Positions 29,542 through 39,290 of a stretch of 64,000 nucleotides of DNA are shown here, piece after piece. Positions within the stretch are counted from its first letter, which is position 1. Every line of letters starts with the position of its first letter. The notes beneath the pieces are model-generated. The model searched no databases, was not told where the DNA came from, and worked only from the letters and a program-made list of their open reading frames with translations. Origin of the DNA: Eledone cirrhosa (lineage: Eukaryota); NCBI GenBank assembly GCA_964016885.1, contig OZ024744.1, forward strand, positions 35,340,001 through 35,404,000. Direction: 5' to 3'. A program made the translations under genes and the position numbers.

Positions 29542-30060
29542 CTTCCCTTCTCAGCTCAAGCTGGTGGGGCTGGACCGAGGAGACGGCAAGAGGCCAGATG
29601 GCATGACCATTTTCCCGTTCCACGGTGGCAAACCTCTCGTTTGGGATGCTACTTGCACCGACACTTTCTGCAGTAGCAACCTAGTGCAGTCTGCGACTAG
29701 CCCAGTTTCTGCTGCACGTCGGGCTGAGGAGTCCAAACTCCTCAAACACCGGTCACTCTCCGACAGGTTTGCGGTTGTACCCCTGGCAGTGGAGACTTCT
29801 GGTGTCCTCAGCCCTAGGGCTATCTCCCTATTCACCACCTTAGGCGCTGAGCTGACCAGCCGCAGGTGTGAGCCCCGTGAGTTGGAGTGGCTTTTCCAGG
29901 GTGTCTCCCTTGCCATCCTCCGGCGAAACGCCTTCTCCAGTCTGTCTTCCAGGGCTGTGAGGGGGAGGGGGCATCGTGTAACAGTCCATATTTAGGTATC
30001 CAGATTAATGGTTTTTATATACACACCACTTGTATTTATCTTCCCCTATATAAATAAATG
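29540..30060 (+). mobile_element. 3' fragment of an RLE-type (CRE-like) non-LTR retrotransposon
   Basis: GFPSQLKLVGLDRGDGKRPDGMTIFPFHGGKPLVWDATCTDT..AEESKLLKH..VPLAVETSG..WLFQGVSLAILRRNA: RPDG/WD/K PD-(D/E)xK-type endonuclease pattern typical of CRE-clade C-termini. Stop at 29995, AATAAA near 30052. Confidence 0.8.
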
Positions 30061-30077
30061 AAAGACTTGTGAGAGAA

Positions 30078-32240
30078 TTTACAGTGTGTGCTGGGTGCTT
30101 ATTGTCATGACACCTACATGACCACTTTACAGTGTGTGCTGGGTGCTTATTGTCATGACACCTACATGACCTCTTTACAGTGTGGGCTGGGTGCTTATTG
30201 TCATGACACCTACATGACCTCTTTACAGTGTGGGCTGGGTGCTTATTGTCATGACACCTACATGACCATTTTACAGTGTGGGCTGGGTGCTTATTGTCAT
30301 AACACCTACATGACCACTTTACAGTGTGGGCTGGGTGCTTATTGTCATGACACCTACATGACCACTTTACAGTGTGGGCTGGGTGCTTATTGTCATGACA
30401 CCTACATGACCACTTTACAGAGTGGGCTGGGTGCTTATTGTCATGACACCTACATGACCACTTTACAGTGTGGGCTGGGTGCTTATTGTCATGACACCTA
30501 CATGACCACTTTACAGTGTGGGCTGGGTGCTTATTGTCATGACACCTACATGACCACTTTACAGTGTGGGCTGGGTGCTTATTGTCATGACACCTACATG
30601 ACCACTTTACAGTGTGGGCTGGGTGCTTATTGTCATGACACCTACATGACCACTTTACAGAGTGGGCTGGGTGCTTATTGTCATGACACCTACATGACCA
30701 CTTTACAGTGTGGGCTGGGTGCTTATTGTCATGACACCTACATGACCACTTTACAGTGTGGGCTGGGTGCTTATTGTCATGACACCTACATGACCTCTTT
30801 ACAGTGTGTGCTGGGTGTTTATTGTCATGACACCTACATGACCACTTTACAGAGTGGGCTGGGTGCTTATTGTCATGACACCTACATGACCACTTTACAG
30901 TGTGGGCTGGGTGCTTATTGTCATAACACCTACATGACCACTTTACAGTGTGTGCTGGGTGCTTTTTGTCGTGACACCTACATGACCTCTTTACAGTGTG
31001 GGCTGGGTGCTTATTGTCATGACACCTACATGACCACTTTACAGTGTGTGCTGGGTGCTTATTGTCATAACACCTACATGACCACTTTACAGTGTGTGCT
31101 GGGTGCTTTTTGTCGTGACACCTACATGACCTCTTTACAGTGTGGGCTGGGTGCTTATTGTCATAACACCTACATGACCACCACTTTACAGAGTGGGCTG
31201 GGTGCTTATTGTCATGACACCTACATGACCACTTTACAGTGTGGGCTGGGTGCTTTTTGTCATGACACCTACATGACCACTTTACAGTGTGGGCTGGGTG
31301 CTTATTGTCATAACACCTACATGACCACTTTACAGTGTGTGCTGGGTGCTTTTTGTTGTGACACCTACATGACCTCTTTACAGTGTGGGCTGGGTGCTTA
31401 TTGTCATAACACCTACATGACCACCTCTTTACAGTGTGAACTGGGTGCTTTTTGTCGTGACACCTACATGACCTCTTTACAGTGTGGGCTGGGTGCTTAT
31501 TGTCATGACACCTACATGACCACTTTACAGTGTGTGTTGGGTGCTTTTTGTCGTGACACCTACATGACCTCTTTACAGTGTGGGCTGGGTGCTTATTGTC
31601 ATAACACCTACATGACCACCTCTTTACAGTGTGGACTGGGTGCTTTTTGTCGTGACACCTACATGACCTCTTTACAGTGTGGACTGGGTGCTTATTGTCA
31701 TGACACCTACATGACCTCTTTACAGTGTGTGCTGGGTGCGTTTTGTCGTGACACCTACATGACCACTTTACAGTGTGTGCTGGGTGCTTTTTTGTCATGA
31801 CACCTACATGACCACTTTACAGTGTGTGCTGGGTGCTTTTTGTCATGACACCTACATGACCACTTTACAGTGTGTGCTGGGTGCTTATTGTCGTGACACC
31901 TACATGACCACTTTACAGTGTGGGCTGGGTGCTTTTTGTCGTGACACCTACATGACCACTTTACAGTGTGGGCTGGGTGCTTTTTTGTCATGACACCTAC
32001 ATGACCACTTTACAGTGTGGGCTGGGTGCTTATTGTCATGACACCTACATGACCACTTTACAGTGTGGGCTGGGTGCTTATTGTCATGACACCTACATGA
32101 CCACTTTACAGTGTGGACTGGGTGCTTTTTGTCGTGACACCTACATGACCACTTTACAGTGTGGGCTGGGTGCTTTTTGTCGTGACACCTACATGACCAC
32201 TTTACAGTGTGGGCTGGGTGCTTTTGTCATGACCTCTACA
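30078..32240 (+). repeat. satellite 2: 48-bp tandem array, about 45 monomers, consensus CAGTGTGGGCTGGGTGCTTATTGTCATGACACCTACATGACCACTTTA
   Basis: Directly visible; a few 51- and 49-bp monomers in the right half. Confidence 0.98.
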
Positions 32241-32269
32241 TCGATGGAGGTAGAGTTGGGAAGTGGTGG

Positions 32270-33320
32270 TGGTGGAGTAAATGTTGGGAAACATTCAACA
32301 GTGATTGCACCACAGACTGACCCTGGGTGCCATGTGAACACAGATATACACGCAAAAGTACACATGCACACCCTAAGTGAGAGCCATGGAGTGTGTATGT
32401 TGGTGGTATGTGATGGCATGCATATGCATATGTGTGTATGCATGTATGCATCAGAATGTGCAGGGGAGTGGAAATGGTGATATGATGACCCTGGATGCAG
32501 ATGTCTGCATATATGATACAACCATATGTGTGTGTGTGCAGATTGTGAGACATGGAAACTTACATCTGTGTGCAGTGGGACGGATGGGACTGATAGGGAG
32601 GATATGTATGTGTGTGAATAGGAATTTGAGGGTTAGGTGTCTACAGAGATATATATGTGTGTGTTGGGTGGTGTAAACGGGTGTTGTGAATGTTAGTGTG
32701 TATTGTGTCGTGGCTTGAGACATGTGTGTGTGTGTGCATGTGCTTGAGTATGAGAGAAAGGATAAAGGGAGGTTATGGAAACTCTGGGCGAGAATTGAGT
32801 TCATTCGGGAAAGTAATGTCAAGGTGAAAATGAAGTTCTGCTCAGTCCTGTTTCAAGAAGCTGGGGATCTGTGATGTAAAATGTTGCTTGAGACAGAAAG
32901 GTGTTTAGTAGAGTGGTTGGGGAATGGAATTGATGGACAACAGGGGTGTCTTTTCCAAGTCATATGTCCCTCAGGTGTTCTGAAAATCAGTCTGTCAGAT
33001 GGTGGCTTGTTTGTCTGATGTATATGAACCCACAAAGGGAAAATGGTGGGCAAAGACAATGATGGTAGAAGTGAAGGTGAAGGAGTGGTGAAGGCAAAAA
33101 AGAATGGTTTGTACCTGTTGGGATAGTGAGTTTGCTTATGTTGGGACAGGTACTATAGCAGGGATGAGAGCAGAGATGAGAGTCAGTTGGAGTCCTTGGG
33201 AAGGAAGAGAAGGAACTATATACAAGAAGGTCACAAAGATTATGGCTGTGCTGAAAGGGAGTGATGGGTGGGTTAGGAAAGAATTGAGAGGTGACAGGGT
33301 CAGAAACTAGTGTTTGGAAG
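32270..33320 (-). mobile_element. degenerate Penelope-like element 3' remnant (GIY-YIG endonuclease region plus probable 3' UTR)
   Basis: Minus-strand translation SDPVTSQFFPNPPITPFQHSHNLCDLLV..HLCSHPCYSTCP..SLCGFIYIRQTSHHLTD*FSEHLRDI..DTPV matches the pattern P-P..F-R..NL.D.LV / CxxxxCxxC / CxxCxxxYIGxT..L..RF.EH of Penelope endonucleases, with stops and frameshifts. The 3' boundary is approximate. Confidence 0.7.
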
Positions 33321-33727
33321 CTGATGACGATGATTATGATGTTGATGATGATGATGACAACGATGATGTTGATGATGATGCTGATGATGACGATAATTAT
33401 GATGTTGATGATGACGATGATGATGATGACAACAATGACGACAACAACGACGATAACAACAATGATGGTGATGATGATGATGACAATGATGACGATGATG
33501 ATGATGATGACAATGACGATGATGATGATGGTGATGATGATGATAGTGATGACAATGATGATGGTGGTGATGATGATGACAATGACGACAATGATGATGG
33601 TGATGATGATGATGATGATGACAATGACGACAATGATGATGATGGTGATGATGATGATGACAATGACGACAATGATGATGGTGATGATGATGACAATGAT
33701 GACAATGATGATGATGATGATGATGGT
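33321..33727. repeat. compound (GAT/GAC/AAT)n trinucleotide tract
   Basis: Directly visible. Confidence 0.95.
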
Positions 33728-33967
33728 GTTACTTGATGAGCATTCCACTGTTCAATCAAGTGAACTAACTGTCTCTGTTAAATTAAAGTGGCCAAGCATT
33801 CCACAGATCAGTAGACATTTGAATTACAGGTACAGTCCTACCAATAAACTTCACACACTTTCCATTCACTTGAGGCTATGGTAAAATAAAGATAATTGAT
33901 AAAGATGCCAAGACTGAAGAAATTGAAGGGGGGCCTAGATTATATATATATGTATATATATGCATAT

Positions 33968-36578
33968 ATCATCATCATCATCATCAACGTTTAACGTCCG
34001 TGTTCCACGCTTGCATGGGTTTGGACGGGGGTAGTCCCACTTGAGGCAAGAGTGATTGTCTTGCTCGCATAGGACTGTCTGGCAGGTTTTCTACAGTTGG
34101 ATGCCCTTCCTAACACCAACCACATTTACAGTGTGGGTCTGGGAGGTTTTTACCGTGTTGCCTACACGGCCACATTACAGCGTGGACTGTGTTTTTTTTG
34201 TCGTGACACCTACACGATCTCATTTGTTTCGGCCTGGATGGTGTGGCACCAACATAACTTTACATAGAACGGGGTGGTGTGGATGGGATGGGGGTGGTGG
34301 TGGTGGGAGGGGGGGGGGGGTATTTTGTTAGAGATGCCTACTGGCTGTAGTAGGTTTTACTATGTATTTAGGTAAGGCGGGTCTTCTCTGTTACTGAGTA
34401 CCGCCAAAGGTCTCGGTCCAGTGACATTGTCTTGGAGAGGTGTAAGTGTGTGAGGTCGGAGTTTATCAGCTCGTCCCAGGTTTTTCTAGGTCTGCCTATT
34501 CCGTGGCTACCGTCTATCTTTATTGCCCTGCACTTTGTTATACAGCTATCGACTTTCATGCGCATCACGTGTCCATACCAACGTAGCCTTCTCTCGAGTA
34601 AACAACATCTGATCCCTCTTATTTCTAATTTTTTCCTTAGTTCGTTTATGCTTTGTCGTTCACGTATATTACTGTTACACATCCAGCGGAGCATGCAAGC
34701 TTCGTTCCTCTCTAGTCTGCGTATATCCTCTGCACACAATGCCCAGGTCTCACTGCCATGCAACATTGCTGTTCGTATGCAGGCATCGTACAACCTGCCT
34801 TTCATTTTTAGGGAGAACCCTTTAGCAGCTAATAGTGGTATAAGCTCTCTGAACTTTTTCTAACCAGTTCTGACTCTAGCTACTGTACTTTCAGAGCACC
34901 CTCCCCCACTGTTGATTTTATCACCCAGGTAACGGAAGCTGTCCACTATTTCTATAGAACCCTCTGCGCAATTGAAAGAGCTAGTATTTTGTGGGCACTT
35001 GCTGCTACTTATTGCACCAGATACCTGGCCACATGTAAAATCTATGTTCTTAGTTAGCTTACCTGTGATCCCACTACATCTTTTATGCACCCATACTTTG
35101 CATTTAGGACATAAAATGGAGTTTCTACCTACGCCTTTCCTACACACCGAGCACGACCATTTCCCAGAAGGGACCGCCGCTTTATTTTCTTTCCTACAAA
35201 CTAGAACTTTAGTCTTAGCCAGGTTAATTTTAAGTCCTTTTGATTCTAGGCCGTGCTTCCATGTTTGGAATTTCTTCTCTAGCTCGACCATTGATTCCGC
35301 TATGAGTGTCAGGTCGTCTGCGTATAGGAGTTCCCATGGGCAGCCGGTCTTGAACTCCTCTGTTATAGCCTGAAGGGCAATAATAAATAGTAGGGGGCTG
35401 AGAACAGAGCCCTGATGGACGCCAACTTTTACGCTAAACTCTTCACTATATTCGTTGTTAATTCTAACCTTGCTGACTGTTTCTTTATACATGGCTTGTA
35501 TAGCTCTCACAAGCCATTCGTCAACGCCTAGTTTTCTAAGAGCCCACCAGATAATGGAGCGGGGGACTCTGTCGAAGGCTTTCTCCAAGTCGACAAAAGC
35601 TAAGTAGAGGGGTTTACCTTTAGCTAGGTACTTCTCCTGTAGTTGTCGTACAATGAAAAGAGCGTCTGTGGTACTTTTGCCTGACACAAACCCGAACTGC
35701 ATTTCATCTAGGTCAATTCTCTCTCTGATTAGTTGTGCTATTACTTTTTCCGTGACCTTCATGACCTGGTCGATTAATTTAATGCCTCTATAGTTACTCC
35801 TATCTAGGGCGTCTCCTTTACCCTTATAACAGTTAACGATGATGCTGCTATGCCAGTCCTTCGGAACAACCCCATTCTGTACGACTTGGTTAACTATGCG
35901 GGTGACCATGGTGTGTCCCACCGTGCCAGATGCCTTCAGCATCTCAGCAACTATTTCCGAAGGCCCAGCCGCCTTACCCGTCTTCATATCCTTGATTGCC
36001 TTACTTATTATACTCCCCTCGACTAACACTGCTGGTCCCTCTATTGGGTGGATATGGGGGAGACTGTCTTTCTCCCATTTATTCTCCTCATTTAGTAGCC
36101 TTCCATAGTGACACTTCCAAGCTACCTTCTTATCAGCGTCGGTGATGGCAAGTATGCCATCATCGTTAAGTACACACTTCTCCCCGACAATATCACGGTT
36201 TTCCTTGACGCATTGCCTAGCAATCCTGAACACCTCACGTTTTTGGTCCTCGCGTTGTAGAACATGCTTGAACTTTCTTTCCTCAGCTTCCCTTCTTACG
36301 AAGTACACTTGTCTCCTAGCTTCCCTCCTGGCCACTTGATAGTCTTCTCTACTTCCCCCATCTCGCCATATTTTCCAAGCCTGCTCTTTGGCCTTGATTG
36401 ACTCCACCTTACTGTTCCACCACCATGTTACTCTCCTCCTGCCTACAGGCCTGCTCCAGCCACAGACTTCGTCTGTCGCCATCAGCAGGTTTGCTTTCAG
36501 AAATTCCCACTGTCCCTCTATATTGTCCAACTCTAAATGTTCTTCCTTACTGTCGAAAGCATCAAGTAATATGCTTTG
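33968..36578 (-). mobile_element. RTE-clade LINE copy B, 5'-truncated (linker, RT, Cys/His finger, C-terminus, 3' UTR, (GAT)n tail)
   Basis: ORF 36530-34860 (TWWWN, RT motifs including GVHQGSVLSPLLF and LYADDL) continues in frame past one TAG (W codon in copy A) to 34368. (TA)n on both flanks. Confidence 0.95.
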
Positions 36579-36668
36579 ATATATATATATAACAAAGAAT
36601 TATGGTAAGGAACCAGATGGACCATAACACACCAGAGTACTCAATACTTAGGGTAGTAGAGTGAGAAA

Positions 36669-36785
36669 TAGGAAAAAGTATGACCTCGACGGCAGAGCTC
36701 AAGCCATTTCGACGGCTATTTCTGGAATTTAGTCCAGAAATAGCCGTCGAAACGTCTTGAGCTTTGCCGTCGGGGTCATACTTTT

Positions 36786-36790
<5 letters not shown>
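36669..36790. repeat. long near-perfect inverted repeat (58-bp arms, 6-nt loop)
   Basis: Arm 36669-36726 versus the reverse complement of 36733-36790: 5 differences, loop ATTTAG. Confidence 0.9.
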
Positions 36791-36816
<26 letters not shown>

Positions 36817-36832
36817 ATCTAGGCCCCCTTCA

Positions 36833-36869
<37 letters not shown>

Positions 36870-36874
36870 GATAC

Positions 36875-36923
<49 letters not shown>

Positions 36924-36952
36924 CACACATATATATATATACACACACACAT

Positions 36953-37120
36953 ATCATTTCATTTCATTTTATGTCCGCTTTTTCCTTGCTTGCAAGGGTG
37001 GGATGGGAACTGATTCTGGGTCGATTTCTACAGCTGGATGCCCTTCCTAACACCAACCTCATTTACAGTGAGTGCTGGGTTTTTTGTTGCCATGGCACCT
37101 CCACGACCACTTTGCAGTGG
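36953..37120 (-). mobile_element. RTE 3' UTR fragment carrying one 48-bp motif
   Basis: TTTCTACAGCTGGATGCCCTTCCTAACACCAACCTCATTTACAGTGAGTGCTGGG is identical to copy A around 27652-27706. Confidence 0.75.
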
Positions 37121-37139
37121 AATGATAGTGACCCCAGTC

Positions 37140-37215
37140 CCTATCATCTCATTTCTACAGCTGAGTAAACTGGAGCAATGTGAAATAAAGTGTCTTGCTC
37201 AAGGAAACAACACAT
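37140..37215 (-). mobile_element. SINE central fragment
   Basis: CAGCTGAGTAAACTGGAGCAATGTGAAATAAAGTGTCTTGCTCAAGGA is the reverse complement of the core of the SINE at 39020-39290. Confidence 0.6.
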
Positions 37216-37654
37216 CATATATATATATATATACATATACAACACATATATATATATATACATATACAACACATAAATATATATATATATACAACACATA
37301 TATATATATATATATATACATATACAACACACATATATATATACATATATATGCACATTTACATATTGTATATTTGGGGCCAAAATATATAGTCTGTGGA
37401 TTTGGGCCAAATTAATAGATTAAAAATGTGGATCCTGGCAGTAGCTTGTGCCAAATCTTTAAGTCATTTGTATAGTATAAAAATTTTATTTTTGCAAACC
37501 ACTTTTTAACAGAAACACATACACTTGTACATGCACCTATACATATATATTTATAGATCTCTGCTTCTATCTTTAACCCTTTCTTTACATATATACACAC
37601 ATACATATATATGTATGTATTATATATCACATATCGAATATGTAGGCGTGTAAA

Positions 37655-38160
37655 TAAGCCAGAAAATATGAATTTCCATGGAAATTAGAAAATAATAAGA
37701 AACAATTTTCAAACCTAATTGCGCTCTTACCAGAAGGCATGTATATCATCCAAACAACCACTACGAAACATGTATTTGGTGGACTTATATATTCATTATT
37801 CTGAAATGGACATACTAATTTGCATATAATTAGTGCTCATGTTGGCAATTAATGAAGATATATTTTAAGAAGTGTGCTAGCATCCGAAGTGCATGACAAA
37901 ATTGTATCTGTATAAATACAGTATGGGTAACTGAGACTGCACCAATGTGTATATAGATATTTACATATCTAATAAGTAGACATGTAAACATGCCAGAAAA
38001 CATGAATTCCTTTGTATATTGAAAAAATGTTAAACATTTTTAATGGATTTTGGATCTTACCAGAATTGGGTGTATATCATCCAAACAAACACAAGGAAAC
38101 AGGTATTTGGTGGGATTATATATCCGTTTGCTCTTAGTATTATTCTGAAAAGACCATAGG
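37655..38160. repeat. diverged direct duplication, period about 333 bp
   Basis: GCCAGAAAA-ATGAATT..TCTTACCAGAA..TGTATATCATCCAAACAA..GTATTTGGTGG..ATTATTCTGAAA occurs near 37658 and again near 37992. Confidence 0.65.
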
Positions 38161-38429
38161 AATTCCTATGGAGTTTGTTGTAGTTATTGTTACAGTTGTT
38201 ATCGTAATCGTTAGTGATGACATAATTATCAGAGTTTCACTTCTGTTCAGGAGTAACAAGGAAGCATTTAAATATTGAAAACATTAATATACAAACTATT
38301 CAGAAGACAATGTTAAGTAAGCTATATATAGCTATGAGAAACATATACGTATACACCAGGTCCGAACACAAAGGAACCAAACTCCCACTGTCTCTGCCTC
38401 CGTCTCTCCCACTCTCCCCATCTCTCACT

Positions 38430-38655
38430 ATTATGAGCAAATGGGGGCCCACATGCTGGCCACCCCACGGCCCTGGCGGATAGAATAGAGAAGGTGTTTT
38501 CCTGGAGGATAGTAAGGAAGACACGCTGGAAGAGCCACTCTGGCTCATGAGGCTCACACCTGTGGGTAGCGAACTCTATACTGATGATGGTGAGTAGGGA
38601 GGTGGTCCTAGAGCCAAGGCCACTAGAAGTCCCCACTGTTATGGGCTTGACTGCT
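38430..38655 (-). mobile_element. degenerate CRE-like RLE 3' fragment
   Basis: AVKPITVGTSSGLGSR..THRCEPHEPEWLFQRVFLTILQENTFSILSARAV aligns to AVVPLAVETSGVLSPR..SRRCEPRELEWLFQGVSLAILRRNAFSSLSSRAV of the 29540 copy. Confidence 0.75.
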
Positions 38656-39019
38656 ACACATAAACAGCCACAGTAACAATATACACTTGACCCCTCACAT
38701 TTTACTACAGAGTTAAAACATAACACAACAGGCCTACCATCATTAACATTGAGGAGGACTTAACAGAAACAATACAGAAAATATAAAAATAACATAATAA
38801 TATCAATGGACATGGGTCAATATAAAACACCTGCTTAACTTACACATGAACAAGTAAATGCAAGTTACTTAAGTTACACATGAACAAGTAAGTAACTGGA
38901 AGAAATTTTTGTTTGTAGTCCATGTAAACAAATTACCTGGATATTGATCTGTAATGATTTAGCAGGAAATATCTAAAATGGGTGTGTTAATTCAAATGTT
39001 TATAGTATATTAGGGAAGA

Positions 39020-39290
39020 CACTTAATCTTGTGGTTAGGGCATTGAACTTACTGTCACAATGCTGTGGGTTTGATTCCTAGACAGTGTAGCGCATTGTGT
39101 CCTTGAGCAAAACACTTTATTTCATGTTACTTCAGTCCATTCAGCTGAAAATGAATATCATCAGCAGTAGCTTGAGTTTAACCCTGCAATGGTCTGGCAT
39201 CCTGTCCAGGGAGTATAGTCTTGTACTCTCAGTTAACCAATGAACCCGGGATAAGCTCTGGCCTAATGAGACTCTAGTCTTGGGACAGAC
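39020..39290 (+). mobile_element. tRNA-derived SINE
   Basis: A-box-like TGTGGTTAGGGC, B-box-like GGTTTGATTCC, core GTGTCCTTGAGCAAAACACTTTATTTCA..CAGCTGAAAATGA. Related copies at about 41850-42120 (-), 42820-43060 (-), 55000-55300 (-) and 61770-62140 (+). Confidence 0.65.

Noticed and set aside
30005-31993. 570-597 aa Cys/His-rich ORFs resembling metal-binding or zinc-finger repeats
   Set aside because: Translations of satellite 2 on both strands; no C2H2 spacing, and the unit matches LINE UTR.
33291-33884. Poly-Asp, poly-Met and poly-Ile ORFs
   Set aside because: Translations of the (GAT)n tract.
27875-36339. Plus-strand ORFs overlapping the LINEs (e.g. 28439-29071, 34972-35373)
   Set aside because: Antisense shadows of the RTE ORF.
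39020-39090. tRNA genes at A/B-box-like motifs
   Set aside because: No cloverleaf or acceptor stem; they are degenerate SINE heads.
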